Shown in pieces: positions 27,513 to 36,718 of a stretch of 64,000 nucleotides of DNA. How positions within the stretch are numbered: position 1 is the first letter of the stretch; each line of letters begins with the position of its first letter. The notes beneath the pieces are model-generated. The model worked only from the letters and a program-made list of their open reading frames with translations. It searched no databases and was not told the DNA's origin. The position numbers and the translations under genes were made by a program. Origin of the DNA: Planctomycetota bacterium (lineage in GTDB: Bacteria; Planctomycetota; SZUA-567; H5-PLA8); contig BTVV01000003.1 of the NCBI GenBank assembly GCA_045863855.1, positions 69,523 to 133,522 of the forward strand, written 5' to 3'.

Positions 27513-30500
27513 AGACCGGAACCTCGTCGTCGCCGAATTCGCTCGGGTAGCGCATGGCGTTCATCGTCTCGATGTCGGCAAGCGCTTGTTCGGTCAGTTC
27601 CAGGCTGAGTTTGCCGAGATCCACTTCCGCGCCTTCGGCAACTTCGAACTCGACCGTGTCTTTTCTGTTGATCCGCAGCAGGCTCTGCAACGGCGTAGAG
27701 GTGCCTGTCTCGGGGTCGTAGCGGTGCATGTAGGTCTTGACCTTCAGGGTGTAGGCGCCGGGCGGGAGCGCGTCGAAGTCGAAGCGTGTGCGCACGTTGG
27801 CTTCATCGGGTTTTTCGGCCGCGTCCGTTTCGGGTTCGATCAAGCGCCAGTTGCCGCCGTAGGCGGCGTTCAGCGCGAGGTATAGTTCTCCTTTTGCGCC
27901 GGCGCCTTCGAGGATCACCATCACCTGTCCCGTTTGGGCCAGCTTGTCGGCTACGTTGGCATCGTCGAGCCAGCCCTTCAGCTTGCCCTTGCCGGGCTCG
28001 ATGGGAATTTTGAGGTACTCTTCGCCCGTGGCGCCGGGCGCCACTTCGACTCCTTGAACGATGCGGCGGACGATCGTGAACTGGCCTTGCTTGCGTGGTT
28101 TCGGCATGCCCGAGAAGCGGCCCATGGCTTCGCCGGAGTACACCGTGAGGTCGTACCGTCCAGGGCTGAGTTCTTGCGGGCGTGATCGGGTGCGGCCTTG
28201 GGCATCCAGCGCGGGCAGCATGGTTTGGCGTTGGAATAGATACCCGTTGGCTTCTTTCTCCTCCGCGTCTCGCGGCGTGCCGGCTTGAACCATCGCCCCT
28301 GCCCAAGCCGGACCTAGATCCAGCGCGATGCGCGGTGGCGGCACGAAGGCAATTTCGACCTTCGCGGCAGCCGCCTTGATTTCCACCGGATAACGCGTCA
28401 AGGCAGGCACGCAGCCGGGCAGGCAGGGATTGAGCTGGTAGCGCCCCGGCGGGAGTCCGGTGAAGCGAATCTGGCCGGCTTCGTCCGGACTTGCGCTGCG
28501 CACTTCGCCGAATCCGAGCTGATCGGGAGTGAGGTACACGATCGCGTCCTCGACCTTAAACCCCTCGGGCGCCTGGAGCGAGGCTTCGATAGCGAAGCCC
28601 GGTTTCAGCGTCGCGGTGGCTTCGACTTCTTCGTCGGCCTTCAATTCGACCTCCAGCGAGCCTTCGTGGAAGTAGCCGTTTTTAGCGACCGAGAAGCGCC
28701 GCTTGGCCACCGCCAACCCACGGAAGGAGACTTCGCCCAAGGCGTTGGTGGTCCGCGACTGCGGAGCTTGCTGCCGGCCGTTCCAGTGGCTGTTCGAGGC
28801 TCGTTGGGGCGTGACCCATACGCCGGACAGCGGTTTTCCTTCGGCGTCCACCGCCTTCACCTTCAACCGTCCGAATTGCTGGGGCTGCAGGTTGACCTTG
28901 ATGTTGTTGAGATCGACGCCTTCGGCCGTGAGGTCCACCTTGGCGGGCAGGTAACCGGGCACGCGCGCCATCAGCAGGGTGGGCCGCGCGTAACGGTTGC
29001 CGCCGTGGCTCAGATTGAAATCGAAGGTTCCTTGGGCGCCGACGTTGCTGCCCCAAGTCGAGTTTGGGCCCATGAACATCGTCAATTGCGCCTGCGACGC
29101 GGGCTGGCCGTCGGGCAACAATACGGTCCCCTTGACGCGTTTGACGCCGTGTTCGTCCTTGGCCTTGGCGCCGGTGTTGAGTTTTGGGGCATCCACCGTT
29201 TTTCCGGCGGCCACCTCCAGATTCCGGATGATGCCCATGGCGTTGTCGGGCAACGCGAAGATGAGCACGTATCGGCCGGGCGAGAGCTGGCCGATCTCGT
29301 AGCTTCCGTCGACCTTGCTGGTGATGGGGGTTTCCGAGCGCGGCGCCATCGAACGCAGTTGCCACGGATGCTGCCGCGCCGCGGCCTCCAGCGCATCGCG
29401 GACGAACGAAGTGCTGCATTCCACCGCCCAGCACTGGGCGTGCTGGACGCCCTTGCCGGCGCCATCCACGATCGTACCGCGCAGCGTTCCGGGTTCGGGA
29501 GCTTTCCGCGGCTCGAGTTCGACGACCGCACCGGATTCGACCGTGAAGCTTTCCCACACGCGCTCGGCTCCGCCGCCGCCTTCGATCGCCAAGCGGTATT
29601 TGCCAGGGTGCAGCTCTTTGAGTTCCACTCTGCCGTCGGCGTCGGTCTCGAGATCTTTCGGCGCCAGCCACTCCTGCATACGGCCCATGCGGCCGAGCTG
29701 AATGCCGAAAGCGCCCATGCCTTCGAGTCCGCCATCGTCGTTCGCTTCGTCGCTTAAGGGCACGAGCGTGACTTTTACCTTCGCTTGTGCGGTGGGCTTG
29801 CCCTCTTCGTCTTGTACGATCGCTTTGAAGCCGCCCAGCGTCTCGGCCTTAGTGAACAGGGCCAGCGGCTTTTCGAGCGCGATATCCTGCTCGGCGCTGA
29901 CGTCCACCGGTTCGCTGATGGACAGCACATGATCTTCATGGCGAGCCAGCAGGCGGAAGCGGCCGGCGGTCACTTTTTCGAGCGTGAAGCGCCCGTCCTC
30001 TCCCGCGGTGGCTTGGACCTGATTCGGCTGGCGTCCGAACATGTTGGCTTCGAGAAATCGCTCCAACAGCGCCGGCGATTTCGGAATCGGCATGCCGCTG
30101 TCGGGCAAGAGTTCCACGCTGGCTCCCGCGAGGGGTTTTGCTTCTTTGCCCGTCGTCACCAGCCCTTGAATCTTGACCATGGCCGGTAACCGGAAGCGGA
30201 TCCGATTGACCCCGGAGGCCAGGTACACGCGCTGGAAGTAGCCCCCTTCCGGTTGTGCTTGAGTCTGCGGCCATTGCATGTTCAGCATGTAGGAGCCGTT
30301 CTTCAGGCCTTCTAAGACAATCGAACCGTGCGCATCGGTCGGAGCGGTTTTCTGGTCTTCGCTGGAGAAACCCATATGGATGCTCTGCTGGTCGGCGGAC
30401 TTGATGAAGTAGGTCAAAGTTTCGCCTTCCGCTGGCTTGCCTTGGGCGTCGATCAGGAGAATGCGCAGGACGGCCTCGCCTTCGAGTGCCATAAGGCGTT

Positions 30501-30738
30501 TGGCGATTTCGCGGACTTCCAGGTTTGGGCTTTCGAGGGCCTTTTTTAGCGCTGGGTAAGCGTCTTCTCCGATCTCCTTAAGTTTGGCTTCGGCATCCTG
30601 GCGTTCGTCGAAGTCGCCTTCTTCGAGCAGTTTGACGAGCGCCTCGGGACTGTTAGCGGCCGGCGCTTCACCGCTGCTGGCCGGCAGCCCCAAGCCCCAC
30701 AGGAGCAATACCAAGCAAATGCGGCCGCGGCGGTTCAT
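27502..30738 (-). CDS. Large secreted protein with a HEAT-like N-terminus and repeated carboxypeptidase-regulatory-like (CnaB/SdrD-type) beta-sandwich domains
   Basis: Signal peptide; FDERQDAEAKLKEIG; repeats of DxxGKP...TDxxG...LxPGxY. Confidence 0.75.
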   Translation of the reverse strand: MNRRGRICLVLLLWGLGLPASSGEAPAANSPEALVKLLEEGDFDERQDAEAKLKEIGEDAYPALKKALESPNLEVREIAKRLMALEGEAVLRILLIDAQGKPAEGETLTYFIKSADQQSIHMGFSSEDQKTAPTDAHGSIVLEGLKNGSYMLNMQWPQTQAQPEGGYFQRVYLASGVNRIRFRLPAMVKIQGLVTTGKEAKPLAGASVELLPDSGMPIPKSPALLERFLEANMFGRQPNQVQATAGEDGRFTLEKVTAGRFRLLARHEDHVLSISEPVDVSAEQDIALEKPLALFTKAETLGGFKAIVQDEEGKPTAQAKVKVTLVPLSDEANDDGGLEGMGAFGIQLGRMGRMQEWLAPKDLETDADGRVELKELHPGKYRLAIEGGGGAERVWESFTVESGAVVELEPRKAPEPGTLRGTIVDGAGKGVQHAQCWAVECSTSFVRDALEAAARQHPWQLRSMAPRSETPITSKVDGSYEIGQLSPGRYVLIFALPDNAMGIIRNLEVAAGKTVDAPKLNTGAKAKDEHGVKRVKGTVLLPDGQPASQAQLTMFMGPNSTWGSNVGAQGTFDFNLSHGGNRYARPTLLMARVPGYLPAKVDLTAEGVDLNNIKVNLQPQQFGRLKVKAVDAEGKPLSGVWVTPQRASNSHWNGRQQAPQSRTTNALGEVSFRGLAVAKRRFSVAKNGYFHEGSLEVELKADEEVEATATLKPGFAIEASLQAPEGFKVEDAIVYLTPDQLGFGEVRSASPDEAGQIRFTGLPPGRYQLNPCLPGCVPALTRYPVEIKAAAAKVEIAFVPPPRIALDLGPAWAGAMVQAGTPRDAEEKEANGYLFQRQTMLPALDAQGRTRSRPQELSPGRYDLTVYSGEAMGRFSGMPKPRKQGQFTIVRRIVQGVEVAPGATGEEYLKIPIEPGKGKLKGWLDDANVADKLAQTGQVMVILEGAGAKGELYLALNAAYGGNWRLIEPETDAAEKPDEANVRTRFDFDALPPGAYTLKVKTYMHRYDPETGTSTPLQSLLRINRKDTVEFEVAEGAEVDLGKLSLELTEQALADIETMNAMRYPSEFGDDEVPVFKP

Positions 30739-30855
30739 GGCGGACCCTCGGCTGTAGCGTTCGGAATGAGAGGCCTTAGCGTACACGTACGTTCTCCGGC
30801 GAGCCTCTTCTGCTGTCCTTCTTCTGACGCTTCAAAGTCCGGTGCGTGGCAGACT

Positions 30856-31896
30856 TTAGCGCACGATTCTTAAGCCGCCGCCTTCCATCAGCTTCTCGAC
30901 TTCGCCCCGCGTGACGACGCAGAAATCTCCCGGAATCGTGTGCTTCAAGGCACTCATGGCCGTCGCGAAGCGGATCGCATGGGCGTATTCGCCGGGCTTG
31001 ATGACCAGCGCACCCAGCAGGCCCGCCGCGAAACTGTCTCCCGCGCCGACGCGGTCCACGATTTCGAGTTCGTACCGCGGCGCTTCGTGGAAGGCCTTGG
31101 CCTTGACGTCGTAGTAAAGCCCGGACCAGGAGTTAAACCAGACGCTGCGATTCTCGCGCAACGTGATCGCTACGCCGGAGAAACCGAATTTTTCGGCGCA
31201 TTGCCGCGCCACGTCGCGGTAGCTCTCGAACTTCACTTCCTTGAAATGCTCGTCGTCGCCCGCACCCTTGGCGGTGATTCCAAAAACCACCTTGGTGTCT
31301 TCTTCGGTGGTGATGAGCAGGTCCACGAACTCCATCAACGGTTCCTGGCAAGCGCGGGCCTGTTCAGGCGTCCAGAGCTTGCTGCGGTAGTTGAGGTCGT
31401 AGCTGACCTGGCAGCCGGCGGCCTTGGCGGCTTTGAGCGCTTCCAAGGTGGCTTGCGCGGCGCTGGCGCTGAGCGCCGGAGTGATGCCGCTGACGTGGAA
31501 GCGCTTGGCGCCCTCGAACAGCTTGCCCCAGGGAATATCGCCGGGCTTGACGCGGCTGATCGAACTGTCGGCACGGTCGTAAACGACGGCCTGCGCTCTC
31601 GGGTTCGCGCCTTCTTCGACGAAGTACAACCCTTGGCGCCCGTCTTTGGCATGGACGACACCGGCGGTGCAGACACCCTGCTCGCGCGCTTTGCCCACCA
31701 CAATGCGACCTAGCGGACTGTCCGGCACGCGGCTCGCCCAGGCGCTCCACAGGCCCAGCCGCGCGCAGCCCACGGCCACGTTCAGCTCGCCGCCGCCCAC
31801 CGTCAGTTCCAGGTGGTGCGCCTGTTCGAGGCGCAGCCCGGAATCGGGGCGCAAGCGGATCATTGCTTCTCCGAACGTCACCACGTCGTAAGGCAT
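30856..31896 (-). CDS. kdgK: PfkB sugar kinase (2-dehydro-3-deoxygluconokinase-like)
   Basis: VTFGEAMIRL, GGGELNVA, DLNYRSKLW, DRVGAGDSF, KHTIPGD. Confidence 0.85.
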   Translation of the reverse strand: MPYDVVTFGEAMIRLRPDSGLRLEQAHHLELTVGGGELNVAVGCARLGLWSAWASRVPDSPLGRIVVGKAREQGVCTAGVVHAKDGRQGLYFVEEGANPRAQAVVYDRADSSISRVKPGDIPWGKLFEGAKRFHVSGITPALSASAAQATLEALKAAKAAGCQVSYDLNYRSKLWTPEQARACQEPLMEFVDLLITTEEDTKVVFGITAKGAGDDEHFKEVKFESYRDVARQCAEKFGFSGVAITLRENRSVWFNSWSGLYYDVKAKAFHEAPRYELEIVDRVGAGDSFAAGLLGALVIKPGEYAHAIRFATAMSALKHTIPGDFCVVTRGEVEKLMEGGGLRIVR

Positions 31897-32063
31897 GAAT
31901 GCGGGCCTCCAGTCAGCCGATACAGCATCGGTAGCTCCGGTAGTCTAAAGGAGCGCCACGGCGGCGCAACCCGAGGCAAGCAGCCCCTAATTCAACGGGC
32001 TGTTCCGCGGGGCGGCTTGACTTCCCCGCGCGGGCCTTCGATCATCAAGCCTGCCGCAACCGC

Positions 32064-32648
32064 ATGGAGTCAAGCTTGGTGATCGCTCGAACGAGACGCA
32101 GATCCTCAACGCAATATGCGCTATGCCTGGCGCTGGCGAGCGCGTTCGTTTGGGCCGCCTGCGCGGCGGCCGATCCGGCGCTGCGCTTTCTGCGTGTGCG
32201 CTCGGCGCCGGTGCGTTCGGAGCCGAGCCTGAAAGAAGGGAACGCGCGAAGGCGGCTGGTGGCGGGGCAGGACGTGGAGGTGCTGGAGACGAAAGGCGAT
32301 TGGGTCCGCATCAAGGCCGAGGTGCGCCCGACCCCGGGAACCGAAGGGAAACCCGAGTCGCGAGAAGGGTGGATGCACGCGACGCAATTGGGATCGCACG
32401 CCCCGGCCTTCGCGGCCCCCGTGCGGCCTTGGCTGGAGGAAGGCGGGCGCGTGTTTCCCCCGGCCTCCGACGTACCCGCTGGACGCGCCGCGGCGCACGC
32501 GCAGCGCCGCAAGCTAGATCTGAAGCCTGTTTTGCAGTCCGAACGCACCTATCCGTCCGCCGAAGAGTTGGAGCGCTTTTTGCAAGAGGGCGAGCTGGGG
32601 GTGTACCGCTCCGATTGGCCGTCGCTGGAAGTGGGGGTGGAGCCGTGA
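32064..32648 (+). CDS. Secreted bacterial SH3 domain protein
   Basis: Signal peptide, VRSEPS...GQDVEVLETKGDWVRI...EGWMH. Confidence 0.7.
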   Translation: MESSLVIARTRRRSSTQYALCLALASAFVWAACAAADPALRFLRVRSAPVRSEPSLKEGNARRRLVAGQDVEVLETKGDWVRIKAEVRPTPGTEGKPESREGWMHATQLGSHAPAFAAPVRPWLEEGGRVFPPASDVPAGRAAAHAQRRKLDLKPVLQSERTYPSAEELERFLQEGELGVYRSDWPSLEVGVEP

Positions 32649-33604
32649 GCGATCGAATGCTCCGCATTCTGCCCGTGTTGGCCTGCCTCGCTCTGTTGGC
32701 GGTGACGGCATGCAAACAGACCGCGCAACAGGTGAGCGCCACGGTCAAGAGCTACGCCGAAGGCGTCTCCACCGCGGGCCGCGCGACCGGTGAAGAACTG
32801 GGTCTGCTGAAGCCTCGTACCTTCGATTACGTCCGGCGCGCCTGGAACGCCCACGAAGAGCCGGCTGCGCTGGGCGGAACCTATACCTTCGAGCAGGAGC
32901 GTGAATTGGGCCGAGCATTGGCCGCGGAATTCCAAGGCCGCCTGGGCCGGCACGAAAACGAACGCCTGGAGCGTTATCTGGCACTGGTGGCCGCGGCGTT
33001 GGCCGCGCATTCGGAACGGCCCGACTTGCCGGTGGCCGTATCGATTTTGCGCAGCGAGTCGGTGGCCTGCTACGCGGCTCCGGGCGGGTTCGTGCTCGTG
33101 ACCTTTGGCGCGTTGCGGTTGTGCCGGAGCGAGTCCGAACTGGCGGGATTGTTCGCACAAGCCGTGGCCTACTCGGCCTCGCGGCGTGCGCTGGCCGATC
33201 TGGAAGCGCTGCAAGCGGAACTCGATCCTGCCGGTGGCGGCGATTTGAACCGGCTGGACGCGAACGAGTTTTCGAACCTGTTGGAGCAAGCGGCCAACCG
33301 TCTCGTGGCGCGCGGTTACGACTACCAAAGACTGGTAGCCTGCGACCGGCAAGCCGTGGATCTGCTCGTGCGCCTGGGTTACGAGCCCGGCGGGCTGAAG
33401 GCCTTTCTCGCCCGGCAGCAGGTGCAGATCCAGGAACGCTCCGGGGGCCGGCCCGCACCGGGATTGGATGTGTTCAAAGGGCGTGAAGAAGCCATCGATG
33501 CCCGGTTGGCGCAACTCGCCGCGCCGTCCATCGGACGCAACCTCGTGCAACGCTTCCGTCAGGAATGCCAAGCCCGACTCCCCGCGCCGGTGTTTAGTCC
33601 GTGA
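32645..33604 (+). CDS. M48-peptidase-like lipoprotein lacking HExxH
   Basis: GTG start overlapping the previous stop; lipobox VTAC; EQERELGR, YAAPGGFVLVT, SESELAGLFAQAVAY. Confidence 0.7.
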   Translation: MSDRMLRILPVLACLALLAVTACKQTAQQVSATVKSYAEGVSTAGRATGEELGLLKPRTFDYVRRAWNAHEEPAALGGTYTFEQERELGRALAAEFQGRLGRHENERLERYLALVAAALAAHSERPDLPVAVSILRSESVACYAAPGGFVLVTFGALRLCRSESELAGLFAQAVAYSASRRALADLEALQAELDPAGGGDLNRLDANEFSNLLEQAANRLVARGYDYQRLVACDRQAVDLLVRLGYEPGGLKAFLARQQVQIQERSGGRPAPGLDVFKGREEAIDARLAQLAAPSIGRNLVQRFRQECQARLPAPVFSP

Positions 33605-34410
33605 ACCCCCGCCTGCTGCTGGCATGCGGGTGGTTGCTGGCCGCCGGCGTGCTGCCTCGCTTGAACGCGCAAGAACTGCCTCCGGGGCCGCGCGAACCGT
33701 GGTCGCTCATCAATCCCACTGCGGGCTGGAAGCTGCGCGTTCCCGCCGGCTACGTCGCGCATAACTACCCGCTTCCCGGCGAAATTCATCGGCTCGTGCT
33801 GTATGCGTTTCGCGACAAGTCCACGGAGAAGCCCGAGCGGCCGCAGTTCCTGGTCGATGCGCGCCCGGCCTCGCCGCCGCGTCGAGAGCTGGCCGTTGCG
33901 TGGATACCGCTCGATCCGGCCTGGTCGCCGCAAAACGCCGAAGCTTGCCTGGAGCGGATTCGTGCGTACGCCCATGCAGCGCGTTTGAAGTTCACGGACC
34001 TGAAAGTGACGCCGGAACGCGTGAGCGAATACGAAGCGCTGCGGGTGGCGATCGACTTAGAGGAAACCGGCCGTCCAGCCACGCGCTATACGGCGCTGCT
34101 GGTCGCCGCGAACGAGAGGCTCTACGAAATCTCGATGCGAGCCGCGAAAGAGCAAGCCGAGCGCGGAGAGCAAGACTTTACCGCGGCGGTATCCGCGTTC
34201 GAGTTGCGTGTTCCCGAAGCGCCAAGGCCGCTTCCCGAAAACATGACGCGCATTCCCGTGCCTCAGCCGCCGCCGCCCGCGCCGCCGGCCCCGGTCGTGC
34301 AGGAGCCGCAAGGCTGGCGCATCGTTGCTTGGACGAGCGGATCGTTTGTGGCCGGGGTGCTGCTGTATGTCGCCTGGCAGCGGCTGGCGCGAAAATCGGA
34401 ACGGGTTTAA
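33601..34410 (+). CDS. Hypothetical exported protein with C-terminal membrane anchor
   Basis: Signal peptide, Pro-rich linker, C-terminal TM with basic tail; overlaps the previous stop. Confidence 0.6.
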   Translation: MNPRLLLACGWLLAAGVLPRLNAQELPPGPREPWSLINPTAGWKLRVPAGYVAHNYPLPGEIHRLVLYAFRDKSTEKPERPQFLVDARPASPPRRELAVAWIPLDPAWSPQNAEACLERIRAYAHAARLKFTDLKVTPERVSEYEALRVAIDLEETGRPATRYTALLVAANERLYEISMRAAKEQAERGEQDFTAAVSAFELRVPEAPRPLPENMTRIPVPQPPPPAPPAPVVQEPQGWRIVAWTSGSFVAGVLLYVAWQRLARKSERV

Positions 34411-34447
34411 CGCGCTTACGGTTCAGGGCAGACCTAAGCCGCACGCG

Positions 34448-35620
34448 TCATTCTTCCGGCGGATTCTCGGGCTGTTCGCCGAGTTTCACGCTGACTTCCT
34501 TGCGCGTATAGCCTTGGCGGGTGAGGCGCTGGATCTCGAATTTCACGTCGCTGCCGGGGATGAGATCGGCGACGTGCTCGCGGAAGTCGTCGGCGCCGGC
34601 CACGGGATGCCCGTTGGCCTGTACGATGATATCGTCGGGCTGCAGACCGCTCTGGTGTGCCGGTCCGTTGAGGAAAACGCCGCGCACCAGCATCCCTCCG
34701 GCGACGCCTACCTTCTGCGCCAATCGTTCGGGAATGGTTTCCAGTTTGACGCCCAGCCAGCCGCGCTGCACCTTGCCATGCGCGATCAGCTTTTCGGCGA
34801 CCTTGCGCGCCTGATTGATCGGAATGGCGAATCCGATGCCTTGGTAGCCGCCGGTGCGGGAGTAGATGGCGGTGTTCACACCCACCACTTCGCCGTTCAA
34901 GTTCACGAGCGGTCCGCCGCTGTTGCCTTGGTTGATCGCGGCATCGGTCTGGATGAAATCTTCGTAGTTGCTGATGCCCAACCCGCGGCGGCCTTTGGCG
35001 CTGACGATGCCGGAGGTGATGGTCTGTTCAAGCAGGCCGAAAGGATTGCCGGCCGCCAGGACCCAATCGCCGACTTCGATTTTATCGCTGTCGCCAAGCC
35101 GCGCGGGCGTAAGGTCTTTGGGGTCTACTTTCAGTACGGCGATATCGGTCTGCGAATCGCGCCCAACCAGTTCGGCGTTCAGCTCGCGTTTATCGTTTAA
35201 CCGCACGACCCAACCTTCGCCGTCCTGAACCACATGGTTGTTGGTCAGGACAAGGCCTTTTTCGGCGTCCAAGACGAAGCCCGAACCGATTCCGGCGATG
35301 CTCCAGCCTTCCTTCAGCTTGGGCCGCCGATAATAGTGCTGGAAGCCGAAGATATCGCGCTTCTGTTCGACCGTATAGCCTTCAACGACCGGCACCTTCT
35401 TCATGGTCGTGATGGCGACCACCGAAGGCGCGATGGTGGCCGCAGCCGAGCGGAAGGTTTCGGCTTGGGCCGTAAATTGCCGTTTTCCGTTTTCATCGCT
35501 GCCGCCGGCGACCACCGGGGCGGGGCCGTCCATGACCTTGGCGATCACCACCCCCAGCACGACGCCCAAGACGATTCCCATGGTTACGGCGTAAGATCCG
35601 GCGCGATTTGGACTTGGCAT
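34448..35620 (-). CDS. HtrA/DegP family serine protease with one PDZ domain
   Basis: GSGF, TNNHV, DIAVLK, IQTDAAINQGNSGGPL, RGWLGV. Confidence 0.93.
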   Translation of the reverse strand: MPSPNRAGSYAVTMGIVLGVVLGVVIAKVMDGPAPVVAGGSDENGKRQFTAQAETFRSAAATIAPSVVAITTMKKVPVVEGYTVEQKRDIFGFQHYYRRPKLKEGWSIAGIGSGFVLDAEKGLVLTNNHVVQDGEGWVVRLNDKRELNAELVGRDSQTDIAVLKVDPKDLTPARLGDSDKIEVGDWVLAAGNPFGLLEQTITSGIVSAKGRRGLGISNYEDFIQTDAAINQGNSGGPLVNLNGEVVGVNTAIYSRTGGYQGIGFAIPINQARKVAEKLIAHGKVQRGWLGVKLETIPERLAQKVGVAGGMLVRGVFLNGPAHQSGLQPDDIIVQANGHPVAGADDFREHVADLIPGSDVKFEIQRLTRQGYTRKEVSVKLGEQPENPPEE

Positions 35621-35720
35621 GAATAACTCCCTTGTTAGCACCCCTCGTGCTGCTAGACGGTGCGGGGCGCGCAACCTTCAATGAGCTCACGAACCGCTCT
35701 AAAGGGGATTATAGGCGGGA

Positions 35721-36677
35721 CTAACGGCCAGCGGCAAGGGAGACTACGTTCTGGCTCAGGGAGGCTCGGGCTAGGATCAGGCAGCGGGCTTCCAAGGCGA
35801 GGGTGGTTTCGAGCCCCAGCGCGAGGCGAACGGGTCCGGCGGCGCCTTCGCCTCCCAAACGTGAACCGAGCAACGCCACTTCGCCGAGCGTTAGCTCTCG
35901 TCCGCAGACCAGCAAGGCCGCGCGTGTTTCGCCGTTATCCTGCTCTAGAGAACCTTCCAGCGCTGTATCGCAGGCTTCCGCGGGGGCGTCGGGACCGCTC
36001 GCCGAACCCCAACGCGCCCGGACCGGTCCGCGTCCGCGCAGGATTTCGCGCCAGTCGGAAGCCGCCGGCGCGGGCCCGTCCACGCCGCCGACCCAAGCTC
36101 CCAGAAGCGCTTGTGCGGAACCGAGCAGCGCCGCTTCGGCAGCCGCGTACGCTTGCGCCAGCCGCGGATTCGGGCCCAGCGGTGCGAGGACGGATTGAGG
36201 TTCGAGCGCGATCGATACGTCGGCTGCCGTAAGCAAGTCGGCCTCCGTTTGTTCGGCGCGGGTAGCGTACGCGGCATCCTCGAAGGGGAGGGCGGGCAAC
36301 CCCAGGCTCCATACGAAAACGCCACGTGCGCGGAACGCTTCGGCCAGCGGCGCCATGAGCGCGGCGGCTGGCTCGCCATAGGCGCCCAGCAGGACGGCGA
36401 CTTCGTGATGCGCGGCCCATTGATCGAGTTCTTCGGCGTGGTGCTCGTTGAGCGTGGGGCGCAGATCGGCGGAGGTGGCCGAGGCTGGGATATCGAGCAG
36501 CAGCTTGCGCTCCAGTCCGGTGGAGAGCAGCCGTGCGGGTTGGGCGTCGCAGGCGGCCCAGACCATGCCTTCGCCGAAGCCGTCCAATCGGCCAGCGGCC
36601 GCGGCGCGCCCGCCACGTTCGCCAATCCCGACGGCGAGGCACGGCGCGTAGGGGAATGCGAAGAGGGTTTCGGACAC
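35721..36677 (-). CDS. ftsZ: Degenerate FtsZ-like protein (318 aa; GTPase motifs lost)
   Basis: GTG start at 36677, inside track ORF 35721..37703. Collinear FtsZ-like blocks: AVGIGERGGRA, ACDAQ, RGVFVWSLGLPALPFED, SDWREILRGRG, GSASGPDAPAEACDTAL, ELTLGEV. Immediately downstream of ftsA. Confidence 0.75.
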   Translation of the reverse strand: MSETLFAFPYAPCLAVGIGERGGRAAAAGRLDGFGEGMVWAACDAQPARLLSTGLERKLLLDIPASATSADLRPTLNEHHAEELDQWAAHHEVAVLLGAYGEPAAALMAPLAEAFRARGVFVWSLGLPALPFEDAAYATRAEQTEADLLTAADVSIALEPQSVLAPLGPNPRLAQAYAAAEAALLGSAQALLGAWVGGVDGPAPAASDWREILRGRGPVRARWGSASGPDAPAEACDTALEGSLEQDNGETRAALLVCGRELTLGEVALLGSRLGGEGAAGPVRLALGLETTLALEARCLILARASLSQNVVSLAAGR

Positions 36678-36718
36678 GGCGAGCGATTCCCGGTTGGAAG
36701 GGGCTGCTTCGTGACGCC

